The notes under the pieces are model-generated. The model made no database searches. It saw nothing but the letters and a program-made list of their open reading frames with translations, and was not told the DNA's origin. 64,000 nt of DNA from an uncultured virus (IMG/VR IMGVR_UViG_3300035445_000118). Taxonomy: Duplodnaviria; Heunggongvirae; Uroviricota; Caudoviricetes. Shown here piece by piece: positions 28,835 through 38,484 of this stretch (position 1 is its first letter; the number at the start of each line of letters is the position of its first letter). The translations under genes and the position numbers were made by a program. The stretch is taken from the IMG/VR virus record IMGVR_UViG_3300035445_000118. One strand, 5' to 3'.

Positions 28835-29971
28835 TCAACTGATGGTCGGATTCGTCCAGGTGCCACCCGTCGAGCGATAGGCAGCGACCCCATTGGTACG
28901 ATCCCCGCCCAGCCCCAGCCCGTATTCGAACTCCATACGGATGAGTTTGATCGGGCTGATGGTACTATCTCCCGTGACGGCAGCGATGTAACACCCGAAG
29001 CCCTTGCCCCCGCGCGAGGCCGGACGCAGCCGGACCGCAAACGGATTCTTGGGCGATAGGGTGCCATAACTCTTGGTCAGGAAGGCGTAGGCGGTCGGCA
29101 CGCGCGCCGTCGCATAGAGTTCGATTTCGCCATAATCCGAGCTGAACCCGCCGATGACGCCTTTACGGAGCGCCTGGGTGGTGTAGTAGTTCGGACCACT
29201 GGTTTCGCCTGCGCGGTCGATGATCGAGATCATCTGATCCTTGGGGCGAATGAAGTCAGCCAGGTCGCGATAGCTACCGATGTCCGCACGGGAGACAATG
29301 GCATAATACGGACCATCATGTCCATGTTCCTGGAGGGTTTCGGCCATCTGGTTCAGCATGTCGCCGAACCCGTAGGACCCTGACGCCACCCCCAGAAAGT
29401 GATCGTGTGTGCTGGCAAAGGTTTCGCCGTTGTAGGCCACCGGCACGAAGTCGATGTTGCCCGTGGTCGAGTGGACCCAGGGCACGTTGTAGCCAGAGGT
29501 GCCGACGCTGTATTCGGTGGTCAGGAAAGCGCGGTTGAGCAGATCGGTTTCGAAGCGCTTACGCAGGTTGTCGATCTTGCCCCCGATGTCGGAGGTCAAT
29601 TGCATTTCGCGCGCATCCAGGAACCATCGCTCGGTCCCGCCGATGACTTCTTGTTTGACTTCCAGCGCGATCTGGTGACCGATGGTCGTTTCGTGCGTCG
29701 GATCGACCACATCGAGGTCGGTAACCACGGGCGATGCCGCCGGGGTGCCCCCGTTGCGATACTCGAACTCCTGAGTTTCGGTGGTGTAAAACAGGTTGCC
29801 CCAGTCCGTCTGAAATTCCGCGTTGACGGCAGCCAGGGCACTCGCCAAGCGCTGGGTGAAGCCCATAAAGGTCTCACCGGTCGCCAGTTCCCACTGCGCC
29901 AGCAGCGTTGCATCGACGCCGGACGGGAGGGCGAGATTCAGGATGGATTCATAACCAAGTGTCGTTCCCAT
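28835..29971 (-). CDS. major capsid protein
   Basis: 378 aa, after scaffold and cement genes, before neck genes; strong GGAGG RBS. Confidence 0.8.
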   Translation of the reverse strand: MGTTLGYESILNLALPSGVDATLLAQWELATGETFMGFTQRLASALAAVNAEFQTDWGNLFYTTETQEFEYRNGGTPAASPVVTDLDVVDPTHETTIGHQIALEVKQEVIGGTERWFLDAREMQLTSDIGGKIDNLRKRFETDLLNRAFLTTEYSVGTSGYNVPWVHSTTGNIDFVPVAYNGETFASTHDHFLGVASGSYGFGDMLNQMAETLQEHGHDGPYYAIVSRADIGSYRDLADFIRPKDQMISIIDRAGETSGPNYYTTQALRKGVIGGFSSDYGEIELYATARVPTAYAFLTKSYGTLSPKNPFAVRLRPASRGGKGFGCYIAAVTGDSTISPIKLIRMEFEYGLGLGGDRTNGVAAYRSTGGTWTNPTIS

Positions 29972-29983
29972 GTGATCCTCCCG

Positions 29984-30412
29984 TTAGACGCTCGTCGCGT
30001 CCGTCGCGTTCCAGTTGACGAAAATGGTCGTGGCACTCACGGCCCGGCCAATCGCATTCGGATACGCGCCACTGGTGGGGGCGGTTTGATCCAGGCGTCC
30101 CACCGTCTTCGAAATGTAGACCGGAGCACCGGGGGTCATCCCCGAAAAGCCCGTGACCCGACCCCAAACGGCAACCGAACAGCGGTCACCCGATGCCACC
30201 GTCGTCGAGCCGTCTTTGCTGGCGACGACGATACCCACCACGCGCGCACCGACCGCCGAAAGATCAGCGTCCGCGTGCTGCGCATACCCGGAACTGTCCA
30301 GATAGACCGCGTACCCCACTGTCAGCGCTGCCCCCGCCACCAGATTGAGCGGCGGGTGATTGGGCGCATCCAGGTAGCAGACATCGGCACCGGTTACGGT
30401 AATACTTCCCAT
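29984..30412 (-). CDS. capsid cement/decoration protein
   Basis: AGAALTVGYAVY, VVGIV, MTPGAPVYIS..G.L, IGRAVSAT pattern. Confidence 0.75.
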   Translation of the reverse strand: MGSITVTGADVCYLDAPNHPPLNLVAGAALTVGYAVYLDSSGYAQHADADLSAVGARVVGIVVASKDGSTTVASGDRCSVAVWGRVTGFSGMTPGAPVYISKTVGRLDQTAPTSGAYPNAIGRAVSATTIFVNWNATDATSV

Positions 30413-30427
30413 GCTGTCCTCCTACCT

Positions 30428-32059
30428 CTACGACACCCCAAACGTATGGAGTGCCTCTTTACCTTCTTGAAGAGTGGGTTCCACGGGTTTCGACGCCCCC
30501 TCGCGCCCCACCCCCCCGACACGAATGGCGGGACCGCTGAGGGCATCGCGCGTCATTTCGACCAGGACTTTCAGGTCGCCCGTCATCAATTCCTCGACCG
30601 CCGGTTTGGCCAGTGCCAGTTCCGACACCACGCCGCCCAGTCGAGCTTGCGCCATCGCAAACAACATAGTGCGCAGGGCGTTCAGTTTGTCGGTCGCCTC
30701 CGGTTTGCCATTGGTGTTCCAGGCCGTCAGTTCGGCAATATGCTGGCGCAGCGCGGCTTCATGCTCGCTCCGTTGGTATTCCGCCACCTGGGTGGCTTTG
30801 GCCGTGTTGTCGGCTTCCAGTTCAGCGATGCGTTGGTCTTTCTCCGCCATCTGCTGGNTCAAGGCGGCCACGCGGGTNTCNTGCTCCTGCGTAACCCCGG
30901 CAATAATCGTCTCGCGCAGTGCCGCGAAGGCGGGGACGGTTTGAAGNTCGTCCGCCGTCAATGTGGCCAGCACTGCCGCTTTTTCAGGCATAGTGACCTC
31001 CTGAGCTAAGTCCTGGGTGACGGGTACACCCGTAAGAAAGTCCCAGGATGTCGATGTAAATTCAGGCACGATCCCCGCTTCCATTTGGCTGGTCACGTGG
31101 AACGTCCCGGATAACCGTAAGGCGGCNCGTTCCCAGGGGGCGAGATCCAGCGATTCCAACTCGAACCCCTTGGCTTTCCAGGATTTCTTCTCCTCGTTTT
31201 TCATCTGGCTGGTGAACGGTCCGAAGATGCTGGTGGCCGCTTTGCCCCCCATTGCTTTCTGTCGCCAGAAGTGTTCTTTGGCCCTGCCAGGCGGGAGATA
31301 CCCCTTGGCCCAAGCCGTTTTGCCGATCATCTTCGCACCCACCCAATACACGTCAGGAACCGGATAGGCGGTGGAACGCTCTTCCGCTTTGATGTGTCCC
31401 ATGATCCCGCCGGGATGTTTGGTGTTGATTTGTTCGACGAGGCCCTTGACCAGCGGTTCGTCATAATCCAACCCGTTGGAGGAAACCCGCCCGATTTCAC
31501 CCACGGCCAGGGTGATGAAATACGGTTCCTCATCGCCCTTCGTGAGCGCATCCAGGTCAATGCCCGGCGCCGTCGGAATCTCAGGCTCCTGGGTACTCAG
31601 GTCCGTGATGCTGAACTCGCGCAGAATCAGACGAGCAGGTTGTTGCTGAGTGGTTTCCACCGCCGCATAGGTCAGGGTCACTTCTTTCCAGGTCTCACGT
31701 GGATCGAACACAATAGCGTCTTTCGTTTTCTGGTAGCCCACCTGAAAATATTTCCCTTGGCCACTCACGACAATGTGGTCGGGAAACACATCATTCACCC
31801 ACAGCGATTCCCCATTCACCACCGCCGTGTTATGCAGGGGGTAGAATTGGTCTTCAAAGGCACGGCGCACCACGGCCAGTTGGTCGTCCAGGCTGTTGTC
31901 CATTTCCTTCGCATGAGCGTCGGGAACGTTGGCCATCAACGCCTCAAAGTGAGCCTGTGCCTGCTCTTCCGTCTCATGACATTTGACTTCTTCGCCACGA
32001 GACCCATCAGCGTTTTTCTTATAGACGCACAATCCTTCTTTCATGTAGGGCATAGACAT
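30428..32059 (-). CDS. prohead protease-scaffold fusion (putative)
   Basis: SSNG..Y, MGH, SIFG and SLDL protease-like core plus C-terminal coiled coil; GAGGAG RBS. Confidence 0.7.
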   Translation of the reverse strand: MSMPYMKEGLCVYKKNADGSRGEEVKCHETEEQAQAHFEALMANVPDAHAKEMDNSLDDQLAVVRRAFEDQFYPLHNTAVVNGESLWVNDVFPDHIVVSGQGKYFQVGYQKTKDAIVFDPRETWKEVTLTYAAVETTQQQPARLILREFSITDLSTQEPEIPTAPGIDLDALTKGDEEPYFITLAVGEIGRVSSNGLDYDEPLVKGLVEQINTKHPGGIMGHIKAEERSTAYPVPDVYWVGAKMIGKTAWAKGYLPPGRAKEHFWRQKAMGGKAATSIFGPFTSQMKNEEKKSWKAKGFELESLDLAPWEXAALRLSGTFHVTSQMEAGIVPEFTSTSWDFLTGVPVTQDLAQEVTMPEKAAVLATLTADXLQTVPAFAALRETIIAGVTQEXXTRVAALXQQMAEKDQRIAELEADNTAKATQVAEYQRSEHEAALRQHIAELTAWNTNGKPEATDKLNALRTMLFAMAQARLGGVVSELALAKPAVEELMTGDLKVLVEMTRDALSGPAIRVGGVGREGASKPVEPTLQEGKEALHTFGVS

Positions 32060-32074
32060 CCCTCTCCTCAACAC

Positions 32075-32110
32075 AAAAAAACGGCTGAAGGTCGTGAAAC
32101 CCTTCAGCCG
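32075..32110 (-). terminator. intrinsic terminator just upstream of the head operon
   Basis: 10-bp stem CGGCTGAAGG/CCTTCAGCCG followed by T7 on the - strand. Confidence 0.8.
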
Positions 32111-32130
32111 CAGGTTAACCGGGGGCCAGG

Positions 32131-32274
32131 TTACTTTCGGGGGTGGCGCTCTTCTTTGGGTGGGATGGTCTGGGGTAACCCCAGCACCTTATCCAAGGCC
32201 CGCAGCAGCATGATCACCGCCCGACGCAGTTCCATCAACTTCTCTGGATCAACGTCATGATCCATGTCTCCCAT
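32131..32274 (-). CDS. short leader ORF (47 aa)
   Basis: Lies between the promoter at 32279-32307 and the terminator; start codon uncertain. Confidence 0.45.
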   Translation of the reverse strand: MGDMDHDVDPEKLMELRRAVIMLLRALDKVLGLPQTIPPKEERHPRK

Positions 32275-32278
32275 TTTC

Positions 32279-32307
32279 ATCTTAACGCATCCCCATTGGT
32301 GTGTCAA
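32279..32307 (-). promoter_or_regulatory. sigma70-type promoter for head/tail genes
   Basis: TTGACA-N17-TAAGAT on the - strand. Confidence 0.7.
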
Positions 32308-32357
32308 TGGTGTATAGTACAACGGTGATAAACACTCAATACTACGCGAATGTTCCG

Positions 32358-33083
32358 TTAATGAACGACAACTTTTGACACCACTTTGTAATGTTCCGTC
32401 AGTCGAAAGGTCGCATCGCGAATGCGACACAGGCGGCCCCCCCGCGTGCGCACCAGGGCCTCGTTCCGCTCGCGTTGACGCTCTGCATATACGCCCCGAT
32501 GACACCCGTCGTGATTCTGGTGAATGGCCGTGGCCACCACTGTGGCGTCGATGACGGGAAGGTCCAGGTCTAACGCCCGCCACACCAGCCAGTTATCCCA
32601 CGACCAGCGGCCCAAGGCAAAGGGGGGTATCTCCCCCCACATGCCCTTACGGTAGACGAAATAATCAATACCCGCGTCCTGGTGCAGCACNCCGGAGTGG
32701 CTCACCTGGTGGCTCAGGTCGGCTTGCCAGCCTCGTTCGAAGGCCAGTCGGGCTTTCAGATCCAGGTCGTATCGCTGGCCAATCATCAGAAAGTTACCCT
32801 CAAACCGTTGGAGGAGGGCTTTGATCGCTCGCAGCCAGGATTGCAGCAGGATGATGTCGGTATTGACATAGGCTACGATGTCGGTAGAGGCCAGCGCCTC
32901 CCCCTGGGCAAAGACACTGGGGACCAACGGGGTGCCAAATTCATCCTTGTCGACGGAGGAGAGTTGGACCCAGCGGACGCAGGGCGAAGGGATCAACCGC
33001 CGCCAGGACCGCTGGGCATTCGCTTCGATGGTCAGGCGCGACTCCAACTGGGTGGGGCAGGTAAAAATCGTCAGACCCGCCAT
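32358..33083 (-). CDS. GT-A-like glycosyltransferase
   Basis: TIFT.P, YVNTDI, GQRYD, GIDYF, WDNWL, AIHQNH. Confidence 0.75.
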   Translation of the reverse strand: MAGLTIFTCPTQLESRLTIEANAQRSWRRLIPSPCVRWVQLSSVDKDEFGTPLVPSVFAQGEALASTDIVAYVNTDIILLQSWLRAIKALLQRFEGNFLMIGQRYDLDLKARLAFERGWQADLSHQVSHSXVLHQDAGIDYFVYRKGMWGEIPPFALGRWSWDNWLVWRALDLDLPVIDATVVATAIHQNHDGCHRGVYAERQRERNEALVRTRGGRLCRIRDATFRLTEHYKVVSKVVVH

Positions 33084-33547
33084 TACCAGCTCGCGCGGGG
33101 GTTCTGGGGATTGGCGCACGGGACCTGCCGTTCGGCGCGTTCGGCTTGCACGCCATACCCTTCCAAGAATTTGATGCAGAAGGTAATCGTGCCTTCGATC
33201 AACTCATCGGTTTCCCCGACCTCGAAGAACAGGTCGCTGCCGATGCGATGTTCTTTCAGCACATCCCGCAACGCCTGGTGGAGAACAAAACGGTGTTCCT
33301 GCTGAAACGTCGCGGGATAGGTGATGAGCAACACCGGCACCACACGCGCGATGGGTACCGTTTGCATTTCTTCGGGTCCCCCCGTGCGCAGCGCCCGCTG
33401 TTCGGCCTGGCGTCGTTTGCGGTTCGAGTCCCATTCTTTCTCCTCATAAATCACTTCGATGGAGATCGGCTGGGGAATGATGCTTTCCAGATCAATCGCT
33501 CGCGCCACGGTCGAGCGGGGCTTACGAGTTCCTCTTGATTTCGCCAT
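33083..33547 (-). CDS. hypothetical protein
   Basis: AGGA RBS; coupled to the GT gene. Confidence 0.55.
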   Translation of the reverse strand: MAKSRGTRKPRSTVARAIDLESIIPQPISIEVIYEEKEWDSNRKRRQAEQRALRTGGPEEMQTVPIARVVPVLLITYPATFQQEHRFVLHQALRDVLKEHRIGSDLFFEVGETDELIEGTITFCIKFLEGYGVQAERAERQVPCANPQNPRASW

Positions 33548-33552
33548 GTTCG

Positions 33553-34236
33553 TTATCCTTCATAGATGCTTTGAATATCTTGCGGTCCCACGTGGACCGT
33601 ATATCCCCAGGATTCTAGCAGGGTGCATTGGTTCTGTATATGGGTGGCTTCGGTGAACAGGAAGGGATGATCGCGCCGAATGATTCTCGCTCCGCCCCGC
33701 AGCACGGATTCCTCACGGCCTTCAACATCGATTTTGATAGCATCGACATGAGCAATGTTTTCCCTTCGGCACACCAGGTCCAGCGTGGTCACTTCCACCA
33801 TCTTCCAGGTACAGCGGTGGTCGGAGTTTCGAATATCGATGTAGGCCAACCCCGAACACCGGGGGTCATTCGGGATCGTGAGCAGGGCGTTCCCCAGGTA
33901 ATCCAGGGCAGCATAGGGCAGCACGGTGACGCGCGTTTCCAGGGCATTCAGGGCGATATTCTGGGTGAGTACCTGTCGAACCTCCGCGTTGGGCTCCAAG
34001 GCCCACACCCGCATTCTGGGATGGAAGTGGGCCAGCAGACAGAAGCTCCCAGTATTCGCCCCGACATCCAACACGACCGGTTCAGCGAGCGCCTGCACGT
34101 GCGTCCAGAAGTCCCAGATCGCCCCCTGATCATACGCCTGGAGCACGCCGTCCCGTTCGCTTTCCCACGAGCCGCCGTAGCGCGCGGTGTCGTCGTCCAG
34201 TTCGACCAGCATCCCGCTACAGAGTTGACCGCGCAT
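33553..34236 (-). CDS. FkbM-family O-methyltransferase
   Basis: LDVGANTG, LEP, TTLD, KIDVEGRE. Confidence 0.9.
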   Translation of the reverse strand: MRGQLCSGMLVELDDDTARYGGSWESERDGVLQAYDQGAIWDFWTHVQALAEPVVLDVGANTGSFCLLAHFHPRMRVWALEPNAEVRQVLTQNIALNALETRVTVLPYAALDYLGNALLTIPNDPRCSGLAYIDIRNSDHRCTWKMVEVTTLDLVCRRENIAHVDAIKIDVEGREESVLRGGARIIRRDHPFLFTEATHIQNQCTLLESWGYTVHVGPQDIQSIYEG

Positions 34237-34921
34237 CGTCCCTCCTGATCACGGGTTCGAAGTTGTCGGGAAACCCCTGCCGTTCACGTTCGTAGTAGAT
34301 ATAGCCATCCCGTCCCTGCATCGCCATGTTCTCGCGGTTCAAGTCATCCATCTGCCCACCGTCTCTCGACCAGTGCCGATGCTGCACTACCGACTCTTGG
34401 CACCAATAGAAATGTCCTGCACGCTTGGCGCGAGAATTTGATTCAGTATCGTTCCACGCAAATTCGTACACTGGATAGGCCATAACCCCACCCAAGTGGT
34501 CAATGCAAAAATCTCTATCAAATAAATATTGGACGGATAATATATTGCCGTCTTGGTATCCATCCGAGAAACCACAAAGCCCATACCCGCCCAACTGCTC
34601 CTGGTGCGCCTGCAACGCCGCTTCCAGCCACCCCGGCTCTGGCTCACAGTCGTCGTTGAAGAAGCACAGAATGTCACCCGTGGCGGCGGACAAGCCCTGG
34701 TTCCAGCACGCCACTGCGCCCCGCCGAACCTCGTTGAACAGCACCATCACAGGCGAAGCATTAAGCGCCAGCACGCGGTCACGACTCTCGGTATCCACGT
34801 CGATGACCACCAGAATTTCCAGCGGGCGGTAGGGCGTCGTTTCCAGGATGCGCTGAATGCAGCGGACCAGGCGGTCAGGACGGTTCATGCTGGGCAGGAC
34901 GATACTCACGATGTCATTCAT
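34217..34921 (-). CDS. GT2-family glycosyltransferase
   Basis: VSIVLPS, N.GL..ATGDILCFFNDD, WNDTE, HRH. Confidence 0.9.
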   Translation of the reverse strand: MNDIVSIVLPSMNRPDRLVRCIQRILETTPYRPLEILVVIDVDTESRDRVLALNASPVMVLFNEVRRGAVACWNQGLSAATGDILCFFNDDCEPEPGWLEAALQAHQEQLGGYGLCGFSDGYQDGNILSVQYLFDRDFCIDHLGGVMAYPVYEFAWNDTESNSRAKRAGHFYWCQESVVQHRHWSRDGGQMDDLNRENMAMQGRDGYIYYERERQGFPDNFEPVIRRDDARSTL

Positions 34922-34927
34922 TGTACC

Positions 34928-35308
34928 TTAATATCTCCTAAATTGAATACTTGGCATAGGGTGATCGGCCTCATGATAGGAGAACCAGATTTCTTCACAG
35001 ATGGGATCGCGTCGATTGACTATCATAGCCTCTTCCCACAAGGCTTCCAGTTCACGGTCCTGTTTTCTCTTCAGTGCATCGCGTTGTTCCTCATGTGAAG
35101 CCAGCAAGTCATCTAACCTGTCCTGAATAGAAAAGCGCTTAGATTTACGCTTGAATTTCATCTTATGTTTAAATGGCCACCATGAGAAAGGAGCATAAAG
35201 TTCTGTCCAGCCTGGACGTTCAGGTGGTGGCGGTGGTTCTGGATATATAGCCATCCCCAATTCTTGGTCATAGTAAGGAGGCGTTTTGGGCTCAGGTTGT
35301 GTCACCAT
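34928..35308 (-). CDS. hypothetical protein (paralogous segment with 53278..53580)
   Basis: KRKSKRFSIQDRLDDLLA motif. Confidence 0.55.
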   Translation of the reverse strand: MVTQPEPKTPPYYDQELGMAIYPEPPPPPERPGWTELYAPFSWWPFKHKMKFKRKSKRFSIQDRLDDLLASHEEQRDALKRKQDRELEALWEEAMIVNRRDPICEEIWFSYHEADHPMPSIQFRRY

Positions 35309-35312
35309 GTGT

Positions 35313-36056
35313 TCACCATTTCAGGGCTTGCGGCAGTTGCAAGCCACATGTCGCGTGCAGTTCGGGCGGCACGATAGACTTGACGATGCGATGGTTCTGC
35401 ATCGCGCCGGGATGGCCGTCAAAGTTCGTCTCTGGGTGATTCTGGTGGACGGCGACAATCGTGCGCGTGGCGTCGATGAAGGTCGCGCCGTGTTTGGTAA
35501 CTGCGTGCCAGGGGAGGTAATTGTCCCACGCCAGATGTCCAACACCTAAGCCCGCAGGTAGATAATCGGCCATCCTGGACGATGAGAAAGCAAAATAATC
35601 CGTTCCCGTGGGCTTGAGATATTTATTTTCAATTATGGCACGTTGGCGCAGGTCATCAAAATCCTCAACGCATTGGTTCACGTTTAGATTGTGGCGCTGT
35701 CCGCAAATCATGAACTTCGGATACCACACTTTGATAGCGAAGATGGCATTCACAAAATCTTGTGTTAGGCAAATATCGGCATTGACATAGGCTGGGACAA
35801 CCCCTGCTGGAGTAAAGTTCAGACATTGACTCAGCATCCAGGCAAGGTCGGGACGCCCAAAAGTTGTAAGATGCGCGTTGGGGAGGTGCAAGAGACGATA
35901 CTTCGCACAGAGTTCCGCCACTCCGTCGTCGTCTCCGTAAACAATGATGCGTGGTAAAGGGAACAGCGCCAGCCAGGACCGAATAGCATTGTCCTGGTGA
36001 ATCGCGTCCAGTCCGACCATCGGCTTACAGGTGGTGAAGATACTCAGGTGGTTCAT
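35313..36056 (-). CDS. GT-A-like glycosyltransferase (paralog of 32358..33083)
   Basis: SIFTT.KP, YVNADI, GQR, GTDYF, WDNYL, AVHQNH. Confidence 0.75.
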   Translation of the reverse strand: MNHLSIFTTCKPMVGLDAIHQDNAIRSWLALFPLPRIIVYGDDDGVAELCAKYRLLHLPNAHLTTFGRPDLAWMLSQCLNFTPAGVVPAYVNADICLTQDFVNAIFAIKVWYPKFMICGQRHNLNVNQCVEDFDDLRQRAIIENKYLKPTGTDYFAFSSSRMADYLPAGLGVGHLAWDNYLPWHAVTKHGATFIDATRTIVAVHQNHPETNFDGHPGAMQNHRIVKSIVPPELHATCGLQLPQALKW

Positions 36057-36062
36057 CCAACT

Positions 36063-36359
36063 TTACTCCAACAGGGCATGGTATTTATAGGCGTCCACGG
36101 GGTCCGTTTTGCCCTCTTTCTTTTTCAGTCGATTGGCATACCGAATGAGACGGTCTTCAAAGTGGTAGGCGGGCTCAAAGAGCCAGACCCATACTTCCAA
36201 GAAACGCGGGTCACCCTCTTCCAGATGGTATTCTATTCGTTCCGGCATGACCTGAAGGGCTTCGTAGAGATAAACATAATCCTCGTCGGAACATGAAAAG
36301 GATAACTTATGTGCATAAGGATAATAACTGGCCATGAGATTCCGATGTTTATTGCTCAT
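36063..36359 (-). CDS. hypothetical protein
   Basis: ATGA overlap with the GT2 stop. Confidence 0.55.
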   Translation of the reverse strand: MSNKHRNLMASYYPYAHKLSFSCSDEDYVYLYEALQVMPERIEYHLEEGDPRFLEVWVWLFEPAYHFEDRLIRYANRLKKKEGKTDPVDAYKYHALLE

Positions 36360-37219
36360 CCGACTTCACTCCAATATTGTGCGATCTTCAACTCGCCGTC
36401 GCGCTCGATGATGGGACAAATCGGACGGAACGCATGGCGGGGACGCCAACTCAGCCACTCGCGATGGGCCGCGCGGAACGTCTCATGGTTATGCTCAAAC
36501 GACTGACGCATCACGTCACTGCCGGTGTGCGGGCTGGTATTCACGATGTCGAGCGGTAGATACAGGTTGGTATAGCCCCTCCGCAAGAGCTTCACCGACA
36601 GATCGGTATCGTCCCAGCAGAACTTCTCGTAACCGGGTCCGCCCAGCCCGCCTAGCTCGCGCAGCAGAGGCGTAGAGATGGCGAAGGGGCGTGTCACGAA
36701 GTCCACGCTATAGAGCGCCAGCGGATACTTGCCCTCCGGGATGTTGTGCTTGCCGAAATGCACACCCTTGTGCGGACGATTGGTCTCCACCCGAAAATAT
36801 GTGTCGCCGTCGGCACCGAAGTAACCGCCAGCCAGCAGGGCGGTCGCGCCGGGATGATCGGCCCACTGCTGCGAGTGAACGAGAATGCGATCCCAGTTCG
36901 GTTCAAGAGACCAGTTGTCATCCTGAATGAAAACAATCAGGTCGCTATGATCCGAGGCGTAACCTAACGCCAGATTGTTGGACGCAATCTCGAAGATGTC
37001 ATCAGTAGAAAATACGTAGATACGTTCAGTACTCAATAAGGAACGAACCCGTCGATATTCGAATGCAGTCAGATGTGAACCGTCAGTGCAACCATCGCAG
37101 ACAATGACCGTTTCGTGTCTGTTATCTGGAGAAAGGTTCTTGATCCACGAGTCCAGCACGCCTTCTAGCGTCTCCGCTGAATTGTGGACATTGAACACCA
37201 GCGTGATGAGTTTGGTCAT
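36356..37219 (-). CDS. GT2-family glycosyltransferase
   Basis: ITLVFNVHN, VCDGCTDGS, FIQDD, WDDTDL. Confidence 0.85.
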   Translation of the reverse strand: MTKLITLVFNVHNSAETLEGVLDSWIKNLSPDNRHETVIVCDGCTDGSHLTAFEYRRVRSLLSTERIYVFSTDDIFEIASNNLALGYASDHSDLIVFIQDDNWSLEPNWDRILVHSQQWADHPGATALLAGGYFGADGDTYFRVETNRPHKGVHFGKHNIPEGKYPLALYSVDFVTRPFAISTPLLRELGGLGGPGYEKFCWDDTDLSVKLLRRGYTNLYLPLDIVNTSPHTGSDVMRQSFEHNHETFRAAHREWLSWRPRHAFRPICPIIERDGELKIAQYWSEVG

Positions 37220-37494
37220 CAGTTTCTCCCCGTCACGCGATTGACCATGCGCATCCAGCNGTTCCACAGCCAATCAAGCCNAAACATGCGCAGAAGTCCA
37301 CGGTAGGTTTTAGTGTCCATTTCCGTGAAGGTTAGCGTAATGGTTGGCAAGTCACCCTTGACAAGTTTGACGGGTTCTCCAGTATCCTTGTCCGCCAAGC
37401 CCCATGAAATATCCTGGATAGGACCGATAACGTGTACATCACCGTTTTGGTCTATAAACCTCACCTGTGCATTCGTGCCCTCGTATTTACCCAT
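37219..37494 (-). CDS. hypothetical protein
   Basis: GGAGG RBS; coupled. Confidence 0.5.
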   Translation of the reverse strand: MGKYEGTNAQVRFIDQNGDVHVIGPIQDISWGLADKDTGEPVKLVKGDLPTITLTFTEMDTKTYRGLLRMFXLDWLWNXWMRMVNRVTGRN

Positions 37495-37885
37495 CCCATC
37501 CTCCGCCGCGCAGCACGTGCCAGAGGCCGCGCACGCGATAGGACACGGGGATGCTGACCCGCCGCCAGGTGCGCATGTACCACGACCGATTCCGGCGGTC
37601 TCTCCGAACGCCAGGGGCAATCGCATGTTCAATCCGCGCCATGAACTGGGAGTAAATAGCATCCAGTTCCTCATCAGGGTCGGGTTGCAAAGCCACCTGC
37701 TGATAATCCAGGAACAGCTCGCGGAGCTGCTGGTAGTCCTCAGTGGTCACGACGTAGGTGCGTTCCCCGATGCCCGCCATGCCATTTTTGTCCTGCCAGA
37801 TCCAGTAGGTGCCTAGATGACCGTCCCCCAGGTCAATACGTTCCCCATAGTCGTAGATTTCCAGGCTCATCACGCGGTCACTCAT
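37487..37885 (-). CDS. hypothetical protein
   Basis: GGAGG RBS; ATGA overlap. Confidence 0.5.
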   Translation of the reverse strand: MSDRVMSLEIYDYGERIDLGDGHLGTYWIWQDKNGMAGIGERTYVVTTEDYQQLRELFLDYQQVALQPDPDEELDAIYSQFMARIEHAIAPGVRRDRRNRSWYMRTWRRVSIPVSYRVRGLWHVLRGGGWDG

Positions 37886-38484
37886 TGTTTCCTCCAACAG
37901 GTCATCGACCACCATTCATCGACCAGCGTCACCCGTTCATCAACCAACAGGCTCAATGCGACCTGGGTGGGTCCTTCCCAGCCCTGATTGTAGACCCCGA
38001 CTGGCGTACCATCAACCCGACGCGAATCATGCAGCACCATCAGCCCGCCCGGTTGCAGCATCGGCAACCAGTCCTCCACGTCCTGCGCCACGTGCTCATA
38101 GAGATGACTGCCATCGATGTACAGGAAGTCACAGGACAACCCGTAATGCGACGCCACTCCGGCAATGTCATGCGACGTGCCGCAGTGTAGTGCCCAACGA
38201 CTCGCGTCCAGCTTGAGCACCTTGGCCGCGTGCTCGACGTAGATGCGCACCTGTCCGGGATCGGACCGCCACGTGCCTTCACTGTCACCCGCGAAGTTGT
38301 CGATGCTGTGGACCGTGCCGCGTGTGTGCATGAGCAGCAGCACCGCACTCGCCCCAAAGCCCGCGCCGATTTCGACGGCGACCTGCGCCCCCGTACACCA
38401 GCGGCAGAAGGGGTCAATCTCGGTCGGATGAATAAACGCTTTTGCGCCGGGTCCCATTGCCAGTTCGAGTTCATCACGAGTCAT
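37882..38484 (-). CDS. class I SAM methyltransferase (Methyltransf_24-like)
   Basis: VEIGAGFGAS, SID, YIDGSHLYE, PGG.MVLHD. Confidence 0.9.
   Translation of the reverse strand: MTRDELELAMGPGAKAFIHPTEIDPFCRWCTGAQVAVEIGAGFGASAVLLLMHTRGTVHSIDNFAGDSEGTWRSDPGQVRIYVEHAAKVLKLDASRWALHCGTSHDIAGVASHYGLSCDFLYIDGSHLYEHVAQDVEDWLPMLQPGGLMVLHDSRRVDGTPVGVYNQGWEGPTQVALSLLVDERVTLVDEWWSMTCWRKQ

Noticed and set aside
29399..31009. Long + strand ORFs antisense to structural genes (also 21640..22719, 25334..26206, 27761..28660, 31271..32260)
   Set aside because: Shadow ORFs expected opposite GC-rich coding sequence; no recognisable motifs
28796..32110. TCACGAC present in the loops of both head-operon hairpins
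   Set aside because: Opposite orientations and only 7 bp; could be chance
27552..37281. Scattered N bases, clustered at 30858-31127, as possible diversity-generating retroelement hypervariability
   Set aside because: No reverse transcriptase or template/variable repeat pair seen; more likely low coverage or strain mixture
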